Assembly (NCBI GenBank): GCA_030141605.1
Contig: JAQGDQ010000194.1
Location: 346,812-410,811 of the forward strand
Direction of reading: 5' to 3'
DNA length: 64,000 nt
DNA from: Tubiluchus corallicola
Lineage: Eukaryota > Animalia > Priapulida
The notes below the pieces were generated by a model. That model did no database searches, was not told the origin of the DNA, and saw nothing but the letters and a program-made list of their open reading frames with translations. Shown in pieces: positions 1 through 10,009 of the stretch. Each line of letters starts with the position of its first letter. Position 1 is the stretch's first letter. The position numbers and the translations under genes were made by a program.

Positions 1-1
1 A

Positions 2-359
2 ACACTACAGAAACAAAAGCTAGAATACACCATCCTCGAACTCACCAAATACGGCGGACTGACACTCACCACACCTGCAGTAGTTCGAACCGTCACTAGC
101 AAAGCTAAAATTTCCTGCAGCCTGAACCTTCCTACACTATATCAGGAGCTCATAAAGTTACCACAATGTTTTAATGAAATGTTTTACGAAGTAAAACTTT
201 TTCCCAAATTAACTTGTAAACGTGATCAAATCATGCTAACTGTTTTTTACACTGCAAGTGTAATAATAATGGGGAACAGACTTGGAAGATTTCCTGCATG
301 TTTTTCTTAAATTTAATAATTTCGTATATGAGAAAAATATTGTTTGCTTGCCTGCTTAA
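2..359 (+). pseudogene. TBP-like (TATA-binding protein fold) gene, C-terminal half, element-borne
   Basis: Frame from nt 2 reads ...VVRTVTSKAKISCSLNLPTLYQEL...MFYEVKLFPKLTCKRDQIMLTVFYTASVIIMG, comparable to the TBP second repeat IQNMVGSCDVKFPIRLEGL...YEPELFPGLIYRM...LLIFVSGKVVLTG. Frameshift near 270. Confidence 0.7.
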
Positions 360-894
360 CAATTATCATGTGTAATTGAAGAATTATTTTGTATTAGATA
401 AACGATTATAGATATGCATAGGCAAATGTGTAGAATTTTAATAATTATTTTGTATTTCATAAACGATTATAGACATGCAAAGCATTCCTAGATAGGACAA
501 AACTTAATTAAATAGCACGTGTTGATGAATAAACAAGGAGGTCTATCGTACATGTTAACTGTTAAAAACAATTACACTAGATTATTATACAATACTTCTG
601 TACGTGCTATTAAACAAAAGTAAAGACTTTCACCTAATATGGTGATAAATATTAGAATATTTACCATATGCTGCCAACACCTGCATCAACCGCACATTTA
701 CGTGAATGAAAGTCACGTGATGCTAATAGAATGCATCCTGTCAGTAGTGTAATTATGTATGAACTCGCTCTGATAAACAACCCTATTATGACAAGATAGG
801 GTTACAAATTAAGGTTAAAGTGAAATACTTCTGTTCGCGCTATTAATGGAAGTAAAAACTTTCACTTAATACAGAAACAAACATCCACTAACAG

Positions 895-1447
895 CAGGCT
901 GCATAGGATTATGGATATCCATAAAATAAGACCAAAAATCCATAAAATAAAATTTGAAGAATCCATAAGATAAGAAATGCATAAAATAAAAAATATTTTT
1001 TTGTGATTTTTTGTGCAAAGTAACGAGTTGTAAGCATTGGCAACACTGAAAACAAACGTTAGAAGGAGAGAAAGAGAAAGAAAACAAACCAACAAAAGCG
1101 CATTTCCGGATTTGCTATTTTACATTGTTTTTTCTCATTGTCTTTTTGTTATCAAGATGGTGAAGTTTCAACCAAAGCATGACCTGGAGTTCGGTCTGAA
1201 AATAACTGAGACCTAGCCACCAGAGACGTACTCTCTGTAGACTAATAAAATTAGAACTAAGCCTGCGTGTTTAAAAACACGTTTCAAGCACTCCTGTTTT
1301 TACTTTTTAATTGATTTCCCGCTGGGCATCTCGTTCCAGATATAGTCTATTTCTTATTTTATTGATATCCATAAAATAAAATTTCAAAAATCCATAAAAT
1401 AAGCTATTTTATTTATTTTATACATATCAATAATCTTATGCACCCTG
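895..1447. mobile_element. hAT-type MITE / internally deleted DNA transposon nested in the Polinton-like copy
   Basis: TIRs CAGGCTGCATAGGATTATGGATAT / ATATCAATAATCTTATGCACCCTG; perfect 8-bp TSD ACTAACAG (887-894, 1448-1455); subterminal ATCCATAAAATAA repeats. Confidence 0.85.
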
Positions 1448-1708
1448 ACTAACAGTGTTTAAGCTAAACCCAATTAAAGAAAACTTTCATCTCAACAAGT
1501 TAGGGTTAAAGCAACCATGTATGCGCAAATCAACACCACATTTCGCAATAAGTTAGGGTTAGAGCTAGGGTTAATGGTAGAACAAACACGCATGCACAAA
1601 CCTACAACAGTTACACCACATTTCGCAACAAGTTAGAGTTAGTGCTATCATGCATGCACAACAAACCTATAACACTTATACCACATTTATCACATGTTAA
1701 CAGTCAAA

Positions 1709-1775
1709 GGTGGCATGGACTAGCGGGTAAGGGGGAGAACTCGCACGCAACCAATTAGTGGTTCGAAACCCACTT
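1709..1775 (+). other. tRNA-like Pol III unit (A and B boxes) in the element's right arm
   Basis: A-box TGGACTAGCGG 1716-1726 and B-box GGTTCGAAACC 1760-1770; no complete cloverleaf; degenerate homolog at about 8207-8262. Confidence 0.55.
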
Positions 1776-3173
1776 AAGGAAAACTTTCATCTCATTAACT
1801 TAGGATTAGTGTTAGAAGCTAGGGGCCCACTCAGTATCGTAACATTGACACTACTAATATGTATAATGTATATACATATAATTAATAAAGAGTTATAATG
1901 ATAATAACGATAATAATTAGCTAAATAAAAGCCAACCATGAAAAAGAATCAATTCTGTTAAAATTCCAATGTTGTGGCCAGACTTCAAAAATTTGAAAAA
2001 GGTGGGTTGGTCCACATGACATATCTGGCAGGTTCTATTGTTGGGCTCAAGCTCAATGGTAATCATTGATAACTGCACAAGCACAGAGAGCAGTGGCAGC
2101 TACATATATATATATCCAAGAAATCTTGTGTGTTCAGCACAACATGAAAATGTTTTAGAAGAAATGTTACCTATATATCACATGTAATATAATGTGATAT
2201 GTACATGACGTACCAAAATCTATAAAAACAGTTTGAATTTTTTGTTTATATGTGCCAAATTCGTAATGCTATTTAAAACAAAAACCTACTAAAATATAGT
2301 TACTACTGTTTTTGTTAATTTAGTGTCTAGCAACCTGACAATGAAATCGCCATCTACACCAGCGAACCTCAAGCAGAGCAATCAGTGCCATCTGTGCGTC
2401 TGTCTGCCAAATAAAAATGAATTCGTTGATCTTGAAAACCCACGTCTAGACACAAATCATAATCCTATCTACAGTAGAAAGTGCAATATGGCCAAGAGTA
2501 GCCTTTTGACAGCCATCTTGAAATCTTAATTGGGGTGATAAATTATAACAATACTTTTGAGCAACAGATGTGTATTCCTGATATTGAAAACCTAAATTTA
2601 GACAACAAAAATCACTGTCCTAAATAGCTAAGGTAAGAGCTTTACAAGCTAGAGGAAACTATGTTGTCGGCCGTCATAAATATGGCAGTCATATTGAAAT
2701 TTTCAATTGGCAGCATATCCAAATTAATCTCGATGGGTTTCAGCACAATGCAAAATTTCGTGCTTTTAAAAAGAAGCAAGCAATTTTTCAGTAAACTGAT
2801 CATATTTATATCCAGAGTTTGGCATAGGCTTTGGTCCAGGTAAAAAGCAAATTTCACGTGACTTACACACTAACACTAACATTTGGAGGGCTCACTAGTT
2901 GGAGAAACCTACGTTTACATATTGTTTTACCCCTTAGTTTCGGATATGTGATTATTGCCATTAACGTCTAAGTAGTGAAACTTTAGTCAGTGATTTTGCA
3001 ATCTACCAGTACATGCCCTTTTGGAAAAACATTGGTACATTATATTACCTCAGGAAGTACCAACAACTGGTCTGACTCATTGATTACTAGGTTATTTCAC
3101 CGTAAAAAAATTATTTTTCAGAACAAAACAAAATTCAAATGAATCTACTTTATCGAAGATAAACAGGAGTTAC

Positions 3174-3276
3174 CTATCTTCATACATAGCAAAAGCTCAG
3201 GACAAAAGAGTTGTGTACATTCAACTTCTGCTGTCGTACAAACTTCACCTTTATTCTCGCAGATAGCATAAAAATC
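3174..3276 (-). CDS. Exon 8 in window: Cys-rich linker, module 2 of the WAP/TY/antistasin gene
   Basis: aaatag|GAT...ATAG|gtaact; 103 nt, phase 0 to 1; DFYAICENKGEVCTTAEVECTQLFCPELLLCMKI; paralog of 23242-23347. Confidence 0.85.
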
Positions 3277-5205
3277 CTATTTTAAAATAAAAGAAGACAT
3301 TTTAGCAAAAGTACATAAGATGCCTGCTGAAAAGCACTAATATACCATATAACCATAGTGCAGAGCTAAAAGATTTATTTTTGTTCAAAAATTACAATCT
3401 TCTGCAATAATATTGCAATTTGTTTAAAAAAAACTTCTGCATATAAAAGTATTAAACTGCAAATTATTAGAATCCAGGTCCTGATCGATTTTCGGTAGGC
3501 GATCACCTGTTTCGATATAATTGCTTGGTGCTTATGACAAACCGCGCTATTTATACGATACGATGGTTGATTAGTCCCCGAGTTTCACATCTGGTGGAAA
3601 AAGTTATCAAATAATATTATTAATAGAATATAAAAGTCCTATAAGTTTACCATTTGTTTTTATAAAAAACAAAAAATTGATATTTTACCCAATTTTTGAT
3701 GCATTTATTATAAAACCTGATTTAACCTGAATAAATAATTAAAATATGGCAAGCAGTTTAGTAATTTTGTTTCGAGATGTGTGTTCGTGCTGAAATAACT
3801 AAGTAATAGTTTTTCATAATAACAATTATTATTGTTAATATAGTAGTCGTCTTCATTATCATCTGCATTATTATTATTAATGACTAAACTGCATCACAGT
3901 CAGATTTTAATTCCCACAGCCGCCATGTTAACATTTTTTTTATTTACCTATCTTTGAAATTTTCAAACCTAATTTTCAATGTTATGCCTCCAGACAATTT
4001 TTCAAGCCTTGCGCGTTGTATGGCACAGCAGATTGTTTACGTTAAATTGTAGTTGGCGGATGCACTGATTATCAAGCTGAATAAACGGATACCCTAATAG
4101 GGTCAACAAATATTTCCGAAAAAAAATTGTCATTTGCTATAAAAACCTCCGAAAAATACAGATATAAACATGAAGAAAATACTATAACCAGATACTTCTG
4201 TAATACTTTCAGCACTATAACTTTACCAAAAATTTTGTAAAATGTACCCTAGCGTATAATTTATGAGACAGTGTGTGCCTAAACGAATCACACAATGATC
4301 ATATAACTCACTGCACACACCATACATGATATCTTGCACCTTAACAGACATAGCAACCACGAGAAAAGCTCCTTATCTTTTTTGTTTTTAAGTAGCTGAA
4401 TACACATAATTTTTTCTTTGTGCTGATGTTATACAAAAATTATTCATTTAAGTCTTGCAAACTTACTAGACTACTAAACGTATCCATAATATACACAAGT
4501 AGTGGAGATTGTGGTATAATGTGTCCTTTAGGGACCCCATAGGAAGATGCACGACCCCCAGGGATTTTTTTAAGTTCTTTTCACCCCTCCAACTTGTTAA
4601 GTAAGAGTAATCCTAACACTAAAGCGCACTGAAATGGTAATTCTAATACCCGTAACCCTAAACCCTAACCCCAGTCTGTCAAGATGGAGTTTAACATTGA
4701 GTTAGTTAGTGTTATTATGGCACAAATACTGTAGGCAGATAATTGCACGCACACGTGTGAATTTAAAGACGTGACAATTATGTTTTGAGAAATGTAGTAG
4801 AGTGAAAGAAAAAAGTGTTTAACTACGGATCTTAATTAATAATTAATCAATTAGAAATGAATGAATCTGTTTGACTCGTTGGAACGTGAATGCAAGTAAA
4901 TTTCTTCGGCTCATTGAAATGTGAATATAAGTAATGTGGCTCTCAAAGTAATTGTCTCATCTTAATTATAGAAACACAAATGTCAAATTAGTATTTTTAA
5001 TTTAACTCCTCGCCCGCTTGGGGTTTGCTGTAATACACAAAACAGATCGCTGCTAGCCACCATCCTCCCATTTTGGATGCACTGCACAAGGCATTATCAC
5101 TTTTGCTTATTAGCTATCGGTAATGCTGCAGTTGATGTTGTTGTTGTTGCCGGCGGTGGTGGTGGTGCTGCCAATGATGGTTCAGTGGCTCACCTAGCAC
5201 AATTT

Positions 5206-5774
5206 TGGGTAAGGAAGACCAGCTGCAGCTCTTCGTATGGAAATATAGCTATATATTGCTGTCGTCTGATTCCTGTTGTAAATCGAGAAACACGTAATAA
5301 AGTTGCGATGGGGTGGAACACTCGAACACATCCATGAAAGATTTCGATTTACCAGGATACATTTGCTTGCCCAACACTTCTACCTGCATCTTGTCGTGGA
5401 GATTTTGTGAATAGCACCAAGTTGTGGGAGTTTAGACTGTGAGTTCCCAATTCTTTACTTTGTTGAAAAAGATTTTGTGTTATAAAAACCATGAAAAAGG
5501 GATTGTGGAGTGCAAGCTTTGTGAGCAGGTCCACCACCACTAAATCTCAGGCCCATATTTCCACATTTATGTCGTTGCTTCTTTTCTGTAATTTTTCTTC
5601 GTCAGCTGGCAGCAATTGCGATATCCGCAACACCCTTCGGTGATTGGTATCAAACAGCATGCTCCGACAGAGGACCAGATTTTTCACAAAAGTGTTTTTC
5701 CCGTCATGACTAGGTCCAGCCACCAATATGGTGCTACCAAATTTCAGTCTGGCATCAAAAGTTAGCTCTGTCAT
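5206..5774 (-). pseudogene. Polinton/adintovirus-type FtsK-HerA (A32-like) packaging ATPase, disrupted
   Basis: FDARLKFGSTILVAGPSHDGKNTFVKNL (degenerate Walker A), then VVDLLTK...FITQNLFQQSKE..HSLNSHNLVLF..PR and YVFLDLQQESDD. Walker B segment deleted; several frameshifts. Confidence 0.85.
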
Positions 5775-6170
5775 AATTAACCTGCTAATCGATCAATTTT
5801 AAATTTTAATTAAATCATAACCTTGCAAACACACATTCCTTTGCAAATTGTTTTAGGGCTAGACTACCAATGTGTTTCTGGAATGCATGCGTGTACAAAC
5901 ATCTTCTACTTGTACATACATGTTTTTCTAGAAAATGCATGCGCAAACACATTCTGCTAGAAAATGCATGTACAAGCACGTTCTAATGGCAGCTCGAACA
6001 CGTATAAACACGCACAACCACGTGATTCATGTCATGAGAGGATTGGCTGGTCCATTTTTAGCAGTGGTCTCTCATTGGTCAGTAATAATCTGTTAGGTGT
6101 CCATTTTGGGGCGAGTGGGCACATTTGCTTTGCATACACCATTGATGACACGTCTCTCTGGATTGAGAAA

Positions 6171-7320
6171 ATGAGTGAAGCCATGAAAAATGATACAGTT
6201 GTTTTTCCTCTCTTGCAAGATTTCTCTGCATCAGTCAGCACATCCAAAGAGGAACAATTTCAGGTGAGAGTACATTTTTTTGTTTTGTAATGATTTGTTT
6301 CACATTTGAGTAGTTACTAAAAACTTTCAGTAATTAAAGGGAGGAGCGCATTAAAAAAAAATTTGTCCATTTATTTACAGGTTCATCTTCGCTGACGTTT
6401 TAAATATGATACCATTAACGAGACACTCCCTAGAGGCAAGAGCATATTCTTAACAGTGATGGAATATGGCAGACTTGTCATTAAGCGGGAGAAAATACTG
6501 ACATTTTTGAGCAATGGAAGCAGCTTTAGCAAACTAGAAGTATAGTTATCTGGTAGAATGAGTTTGCTGGACCTAGACTCGGTTCCACTCTTCATCACGG
6601 GCAACAACTCATTTCCCTTGAGTTTCAAAGCCATTTGTATGCTCTGCGAAATGCCAAAGCTTCACAAGATTACGCTAAAACTAAAACCTGCACACTTCTG
6701 GGTCAAAGAGAGAATAAAAGTCACACCGGGCATCATATTTCTGTCCGGACAAGTGTACGTGTTTCATCAGATATTGGGCGTCTATACCCGACATTGCCAT
6801 TAGACGAGGCGTAGAAAGGTGGGTCAGAAGACCGTCATTCCAACCAAACCCGGCATCAACCTCCCATCTACGAAAAACTGATAACCTCGGGAGCGACTCC
6901 AGATACCACGTATGCTGGCTGTTGCCATGGCACAAACTGAGATTCCTCTGCATCGAGGCAGTCAAAGATGGCAAGATAATTGACGGACAATACTCTATCC
7001 TCAATTGAGGAGTATGCATGAAATTGGAAGTGTGGACAAGAGGAAGACAGAGCCAAAAATTTGATAATTCACGAAACAGAAAGAGGATTATATCACAAGT
7101 ACACCTTGTGTAACAGCCTCACCCCAGGCACCGAGTTCCCCATTACAAGCGATCCACTTACAACTATCAGAGCAAACATACACGGCACCTGATGGGAGGA
7201 GGGAATGCTGGACTACGCATGGGACAGTTGGACAGTGTTTTACGTCAAACCACCAGTGACAGGATCACCTGTGTCAAGGGTGTGAAGATGAACACTTTCG
7301 TCAAAAATCATCTGCCCAAA
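6171..7320 (+). pseudogene. Spliced gene with tandem PC4/SUB1-like domains and a C-terminal CxGC..H motif
   Basis: Exon 6171-6263, phase-0 intron 6264-6380 (cag|gtgag...tttacag|). Joined product FPLLQDFSASVSTSKEEQFQ|VHLR*RFKYD..ETLPRGKSIFLTVMEYGRL..KREKI resembles PC4. A second repeat near 6735-6880 (IFLSGQVYV..RYWASIPDIAIRR..VIPTKPGINL..YEKL) is pieced together across frameshifts; CQGCEDEHFRQ near 7271. The 3' end is approximate. Confidence 0.55.
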
Positions 7321-7374
7321 AATCGCATAATCATGCGCATGCGTCATGCAAACTGACCAAGCACCACCAGCCAT

Positions 7375-7969
7375 ATGAAGGAAGAGCAATGGACGAGGCA
7401 GAGCGATCAGGGTAGCCAAAACGGTGGCCAATTATCTACGAATTCTACGATCCGAGCAGCCAACATCGTCGTCACGGCATTCGTGCAGACCGTAGATCTG
7501 AATGTGCTGCAACCAGCTTGGGTGCACTCGGAGACCACAAATGGTCTGCTGAAGAAGAAGAAATATCTCTGATGATTTTTGCCTCCAGATTTGTGGTGGT
7601 CAATGGTTTTTCGGAGAAACAAGAGCTAGAAAATTCTCTCCTCGAACTACTCAAACACCTGGGACTGACACTCGCTGCACCTGTGGTAGTTCGAACCATC
7701 ACCACTAGAGCAAAAAAATTCCCTGCAGACGGAATCTACTTACACTGTATCGAGAACTCACAAAGTTACCACACTTTTTTCATGAAGTGTTTTATAAAGC
7801 AGAACTTTTTCCCAAATTAACTTGTAAACATGATCAAATCACGGTAACTGTTTTTCACACTGGAAGCTTAATGATGAATGGGGGAACAGACTTGGAAGAT
7901 TTCCTGCATGTTATTCTCAAGTTTAAAGATTTGGTACACGAGAAAAATAATGTTTGCTTGCTTACTTAA
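7375..7969 (+). pseudogene. Divergent TBP-like gene, frameshifted
   Basis: Three overlapping ORFs give STIRAANIVVTAFVQTVDLNVL / ISLMIFASRFVVVNGFSEKQELENSLLELLKHLGL / FYKAELFPKLTCKHDQITVTVFHTGSLMMNGGTDLEDF, matching in order TBP LQNIVSTVNL..LDL, ALIFSSGKMVCTGAKSEEQ..VVQKLGF and YEPELFPGL..IFVSGKVVLTGA. Confidence 0.7.
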
Positions 7970-8291
7970 CGACTGTTACCCACATTTTTTGTACTCGAAC
8001 AATAAATATTATATAACTGCGATTTTTGACGTTTCAAGTCATTTATTAGATACTAATACAAAAACATTAAATCAATCAAAGTTAAAACATCACATTTAAT
8101 CAAAAAAGATCATTGAAGTTGTTTTCTGTGCAAATGTACAGTAGGGAATGTGCGGCTCGCTGGTGTACTTATACCACATTTAACACCAACAAACCAAACA
8201 TGTTCTCGGTATCCCAGTGGCTAAGGTGCAAGACTCGTACGCAACAGATTGTTCAAATCTAGCTTAAAGAAATTTTTTTATCTCAACAAAC

Positions 8292-8310
8292 TAGGGTTAG
8301 GGTTAGGGTT
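8292..8310 (+). repeat. Short TTAGGG-type tract inside the element's right TIR
   Basis: tagggttagggttagggtt; mirrored by taaccctaaaccctaacc near 4654-4671 and by ttagggtt units at about 1500-1572. Confidence 0.8.
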
Positions 8311-9213
8311 ACTACTTTACAAGTTGGAGGGGTGAAAAGAAAAAAGAACTTAAAAAAATAAATAATTCCCCGGTGGGTACGCTAAACCAGGCAGTATTCT
8401 GCAATCCCAACTACTTACACACATTATGACAACAGCAACAGAAACAAAACTAATCTAAAATAACTGATGAAACAGATGGGGGGGGGGGTGATCACAGCAG
8501 TTATGATGGCAGCAATGGCAATAATAACAATAGAAATGGTTGTGATGTAGTAACAACCATACTATAATAACATTGCAGTACCTATAGCAGTAGCAACTTT
8601 TCATTTTATTAAAATATTCTTGCGCGCCAGCTGGAATACAAATTGCATGGCAGTTTTAACAAAATTAATATTGCAAAAGCTTTTCTGATAATTAAAAAAT
8701 TGATGAAAACTTAATTAACTGCGGGGAAGCCCAACTATTGCTGACATCACGAACTAACTTAATTTTGAACATCAAAAATATTCCACGAGCATGTAGCACG
8801 TGTTTGTGAAAGCGAAACTGAAGGTATGTTTTAAGATAAAAATCAAATTTACCGTATAAGCTGTCGAACGCGCATAGTTCGCCAAAATTAACACATCTGA
8901 ACTGACAGGTACAGTATATGTTTTTGTACAATGCATTTCCGATATGTAGGCGCTAGTACCCGTCTAACTAGCGAACGGCAAAATGCATGTAACAGCGAAG
9001 AACTAGTAACACGAACGTATAATTGTGTTTGCGTTCTTTCACGTAAGTCATTTTTGAAAAAATAGTGCGTTCCCTTTCAATATTTTAAAGAATAGATATT
9101 TATGACCTTCAGTTTAAGACTGGCTCCGGTTCTTTAACAAGAGCTTCAACTGCTACCAGAAAAAATAGAAAATATTACAAAAAAATAACAACTGTGATCT
9201 CCACAAAAAATAC

Positions 9214-9329
9214 CTCACATGGAGAAGGTTTACATCTGCAAGTTGGACATCCAGTTGATCCATCAGCAACATAACCATGTCTACATTTGCGTTGACAATT
9301 TTTTGGATCAAAATCACAATTCAGTGTAG
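9214..9329 (-). CDS. Exon 7: antistasin-like domain, module 2
   Basis: ttcatag|CT...TGTGAG|gta; 116 nt, phase 1 to 0; TLNCDFDPKNCQRKCRHGYVADGSTGCPTCRCKPSPCE. Confidence 0.9.
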
Positions 9330-9784
9330 CTATGAACAAATTAAAATCATAAGCTCATAAAGCTGCAATTATTGTTATTAGTATTCGTTACCTCATTTGT
9401 GAAACTTGCATAAATAGAAATGTTTTCTTGTTCAATGGCCTAGAATTAACAATGCTCTGTCAATCGAATCTTACGCATAATTAACAAACCCAATTAATGA
9501 CATTTGTAATGCGAGGCTGCAAATGACATACAGGATGTTTTACTGTACATAATGAACGATTTGACTTCTCTACAAATCAATTACCGATACAGTTAATATT
9601 TTTTGTACAGATGAGTTCATATTGCAATTCTGCAACTAATGTTTTTTTGTACAGACGACTTCATACTTTGAAGGTCCTTGCAACAAATGTTTTTGGCATA
9701 ATATATGAGGTATGGGCCTTAATGAAAAGTGCTTCATATACTGAACCATAAAATAATTATTGCTTCAGAAACTTTGGCCTGTAC

Positions 9785-10009
9785 CTGTATCACATTTAAG
9801 AGGAACACCACCTTGGTCACCTTCCATACCATATTCTTTCAGAGTTCCTGGAATTTGATATCCTAGTGCATCAACGCAAAAGATACTCAACCAATGTTCA
9901 TTTATGTGCACTTGACGTGAGTTGTATTCACCAGAATCCAAGCACCAAGGAAGGTTATGATATTCATTTTTATAAACCATTCCGTCATTTGCAAGATGAA
10001 CATGACAAG
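9785..10009 (-). CDS. Exon 6: thyroglobulin type-1 domain (4-Cys form), module 2
   Basis: actttag|CT...GATACAG|gtac; 225 nt, phase 1 to 1; CHVHLA...LPWCLDSGEYNSRQ...FCVDALGYQIPGT...KCD. Confidence 0.88.

Larger units (their letters stand above)
1..1855 (+). mobile_element. Right-hand part of a Polinton/Maverick-derived element (left part outside window)
   Basis: 1-359 is homologous to 7620-7970 of the TSD-flanked element. It shares the subterminal block acttataccacattt, the tRNA-like unit and TTAGGG-like repeats, and ends cagtat...ACTACT at 1850-1855, like the end at 8410-8415. Confidence 0.75.
4498..8415. mobile_element. Non-autonomous Polinton/Maverick-derived element, 3918 bp
   Basis: Termini AGTAGT (4498-4503) and ACTACT (8410-8415); perfect 6-bp TSD TACACA (4492-4497, 8416-8421); imperfect TIRs (ttttttaagttcttttcacccctccaacttgt near 4565-4597 vs the inverse near 8318-8358); packaging-ATPase relic inside. 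Confidence 0.9.

Noticed and set aside
2300-2800. GCCATCTTGAA-rich segment resembling a non-autonomous DNA transposon end
   Set aside because: No paired TIR or TSD found, so family and limits cannot be supported.
7375-7969. Host TBP/TRF processed pseudogene
   Set aside because: Far more divergent than expected for the highly conserved host TBP, no poly-A or own TSD, and present at the same position in two element copies.
8292-8310. Telomere or chromosome-fusion relic
   Set aside because: Only about three units, lying inside a TSD-flanked element and mirrored in its other arm.
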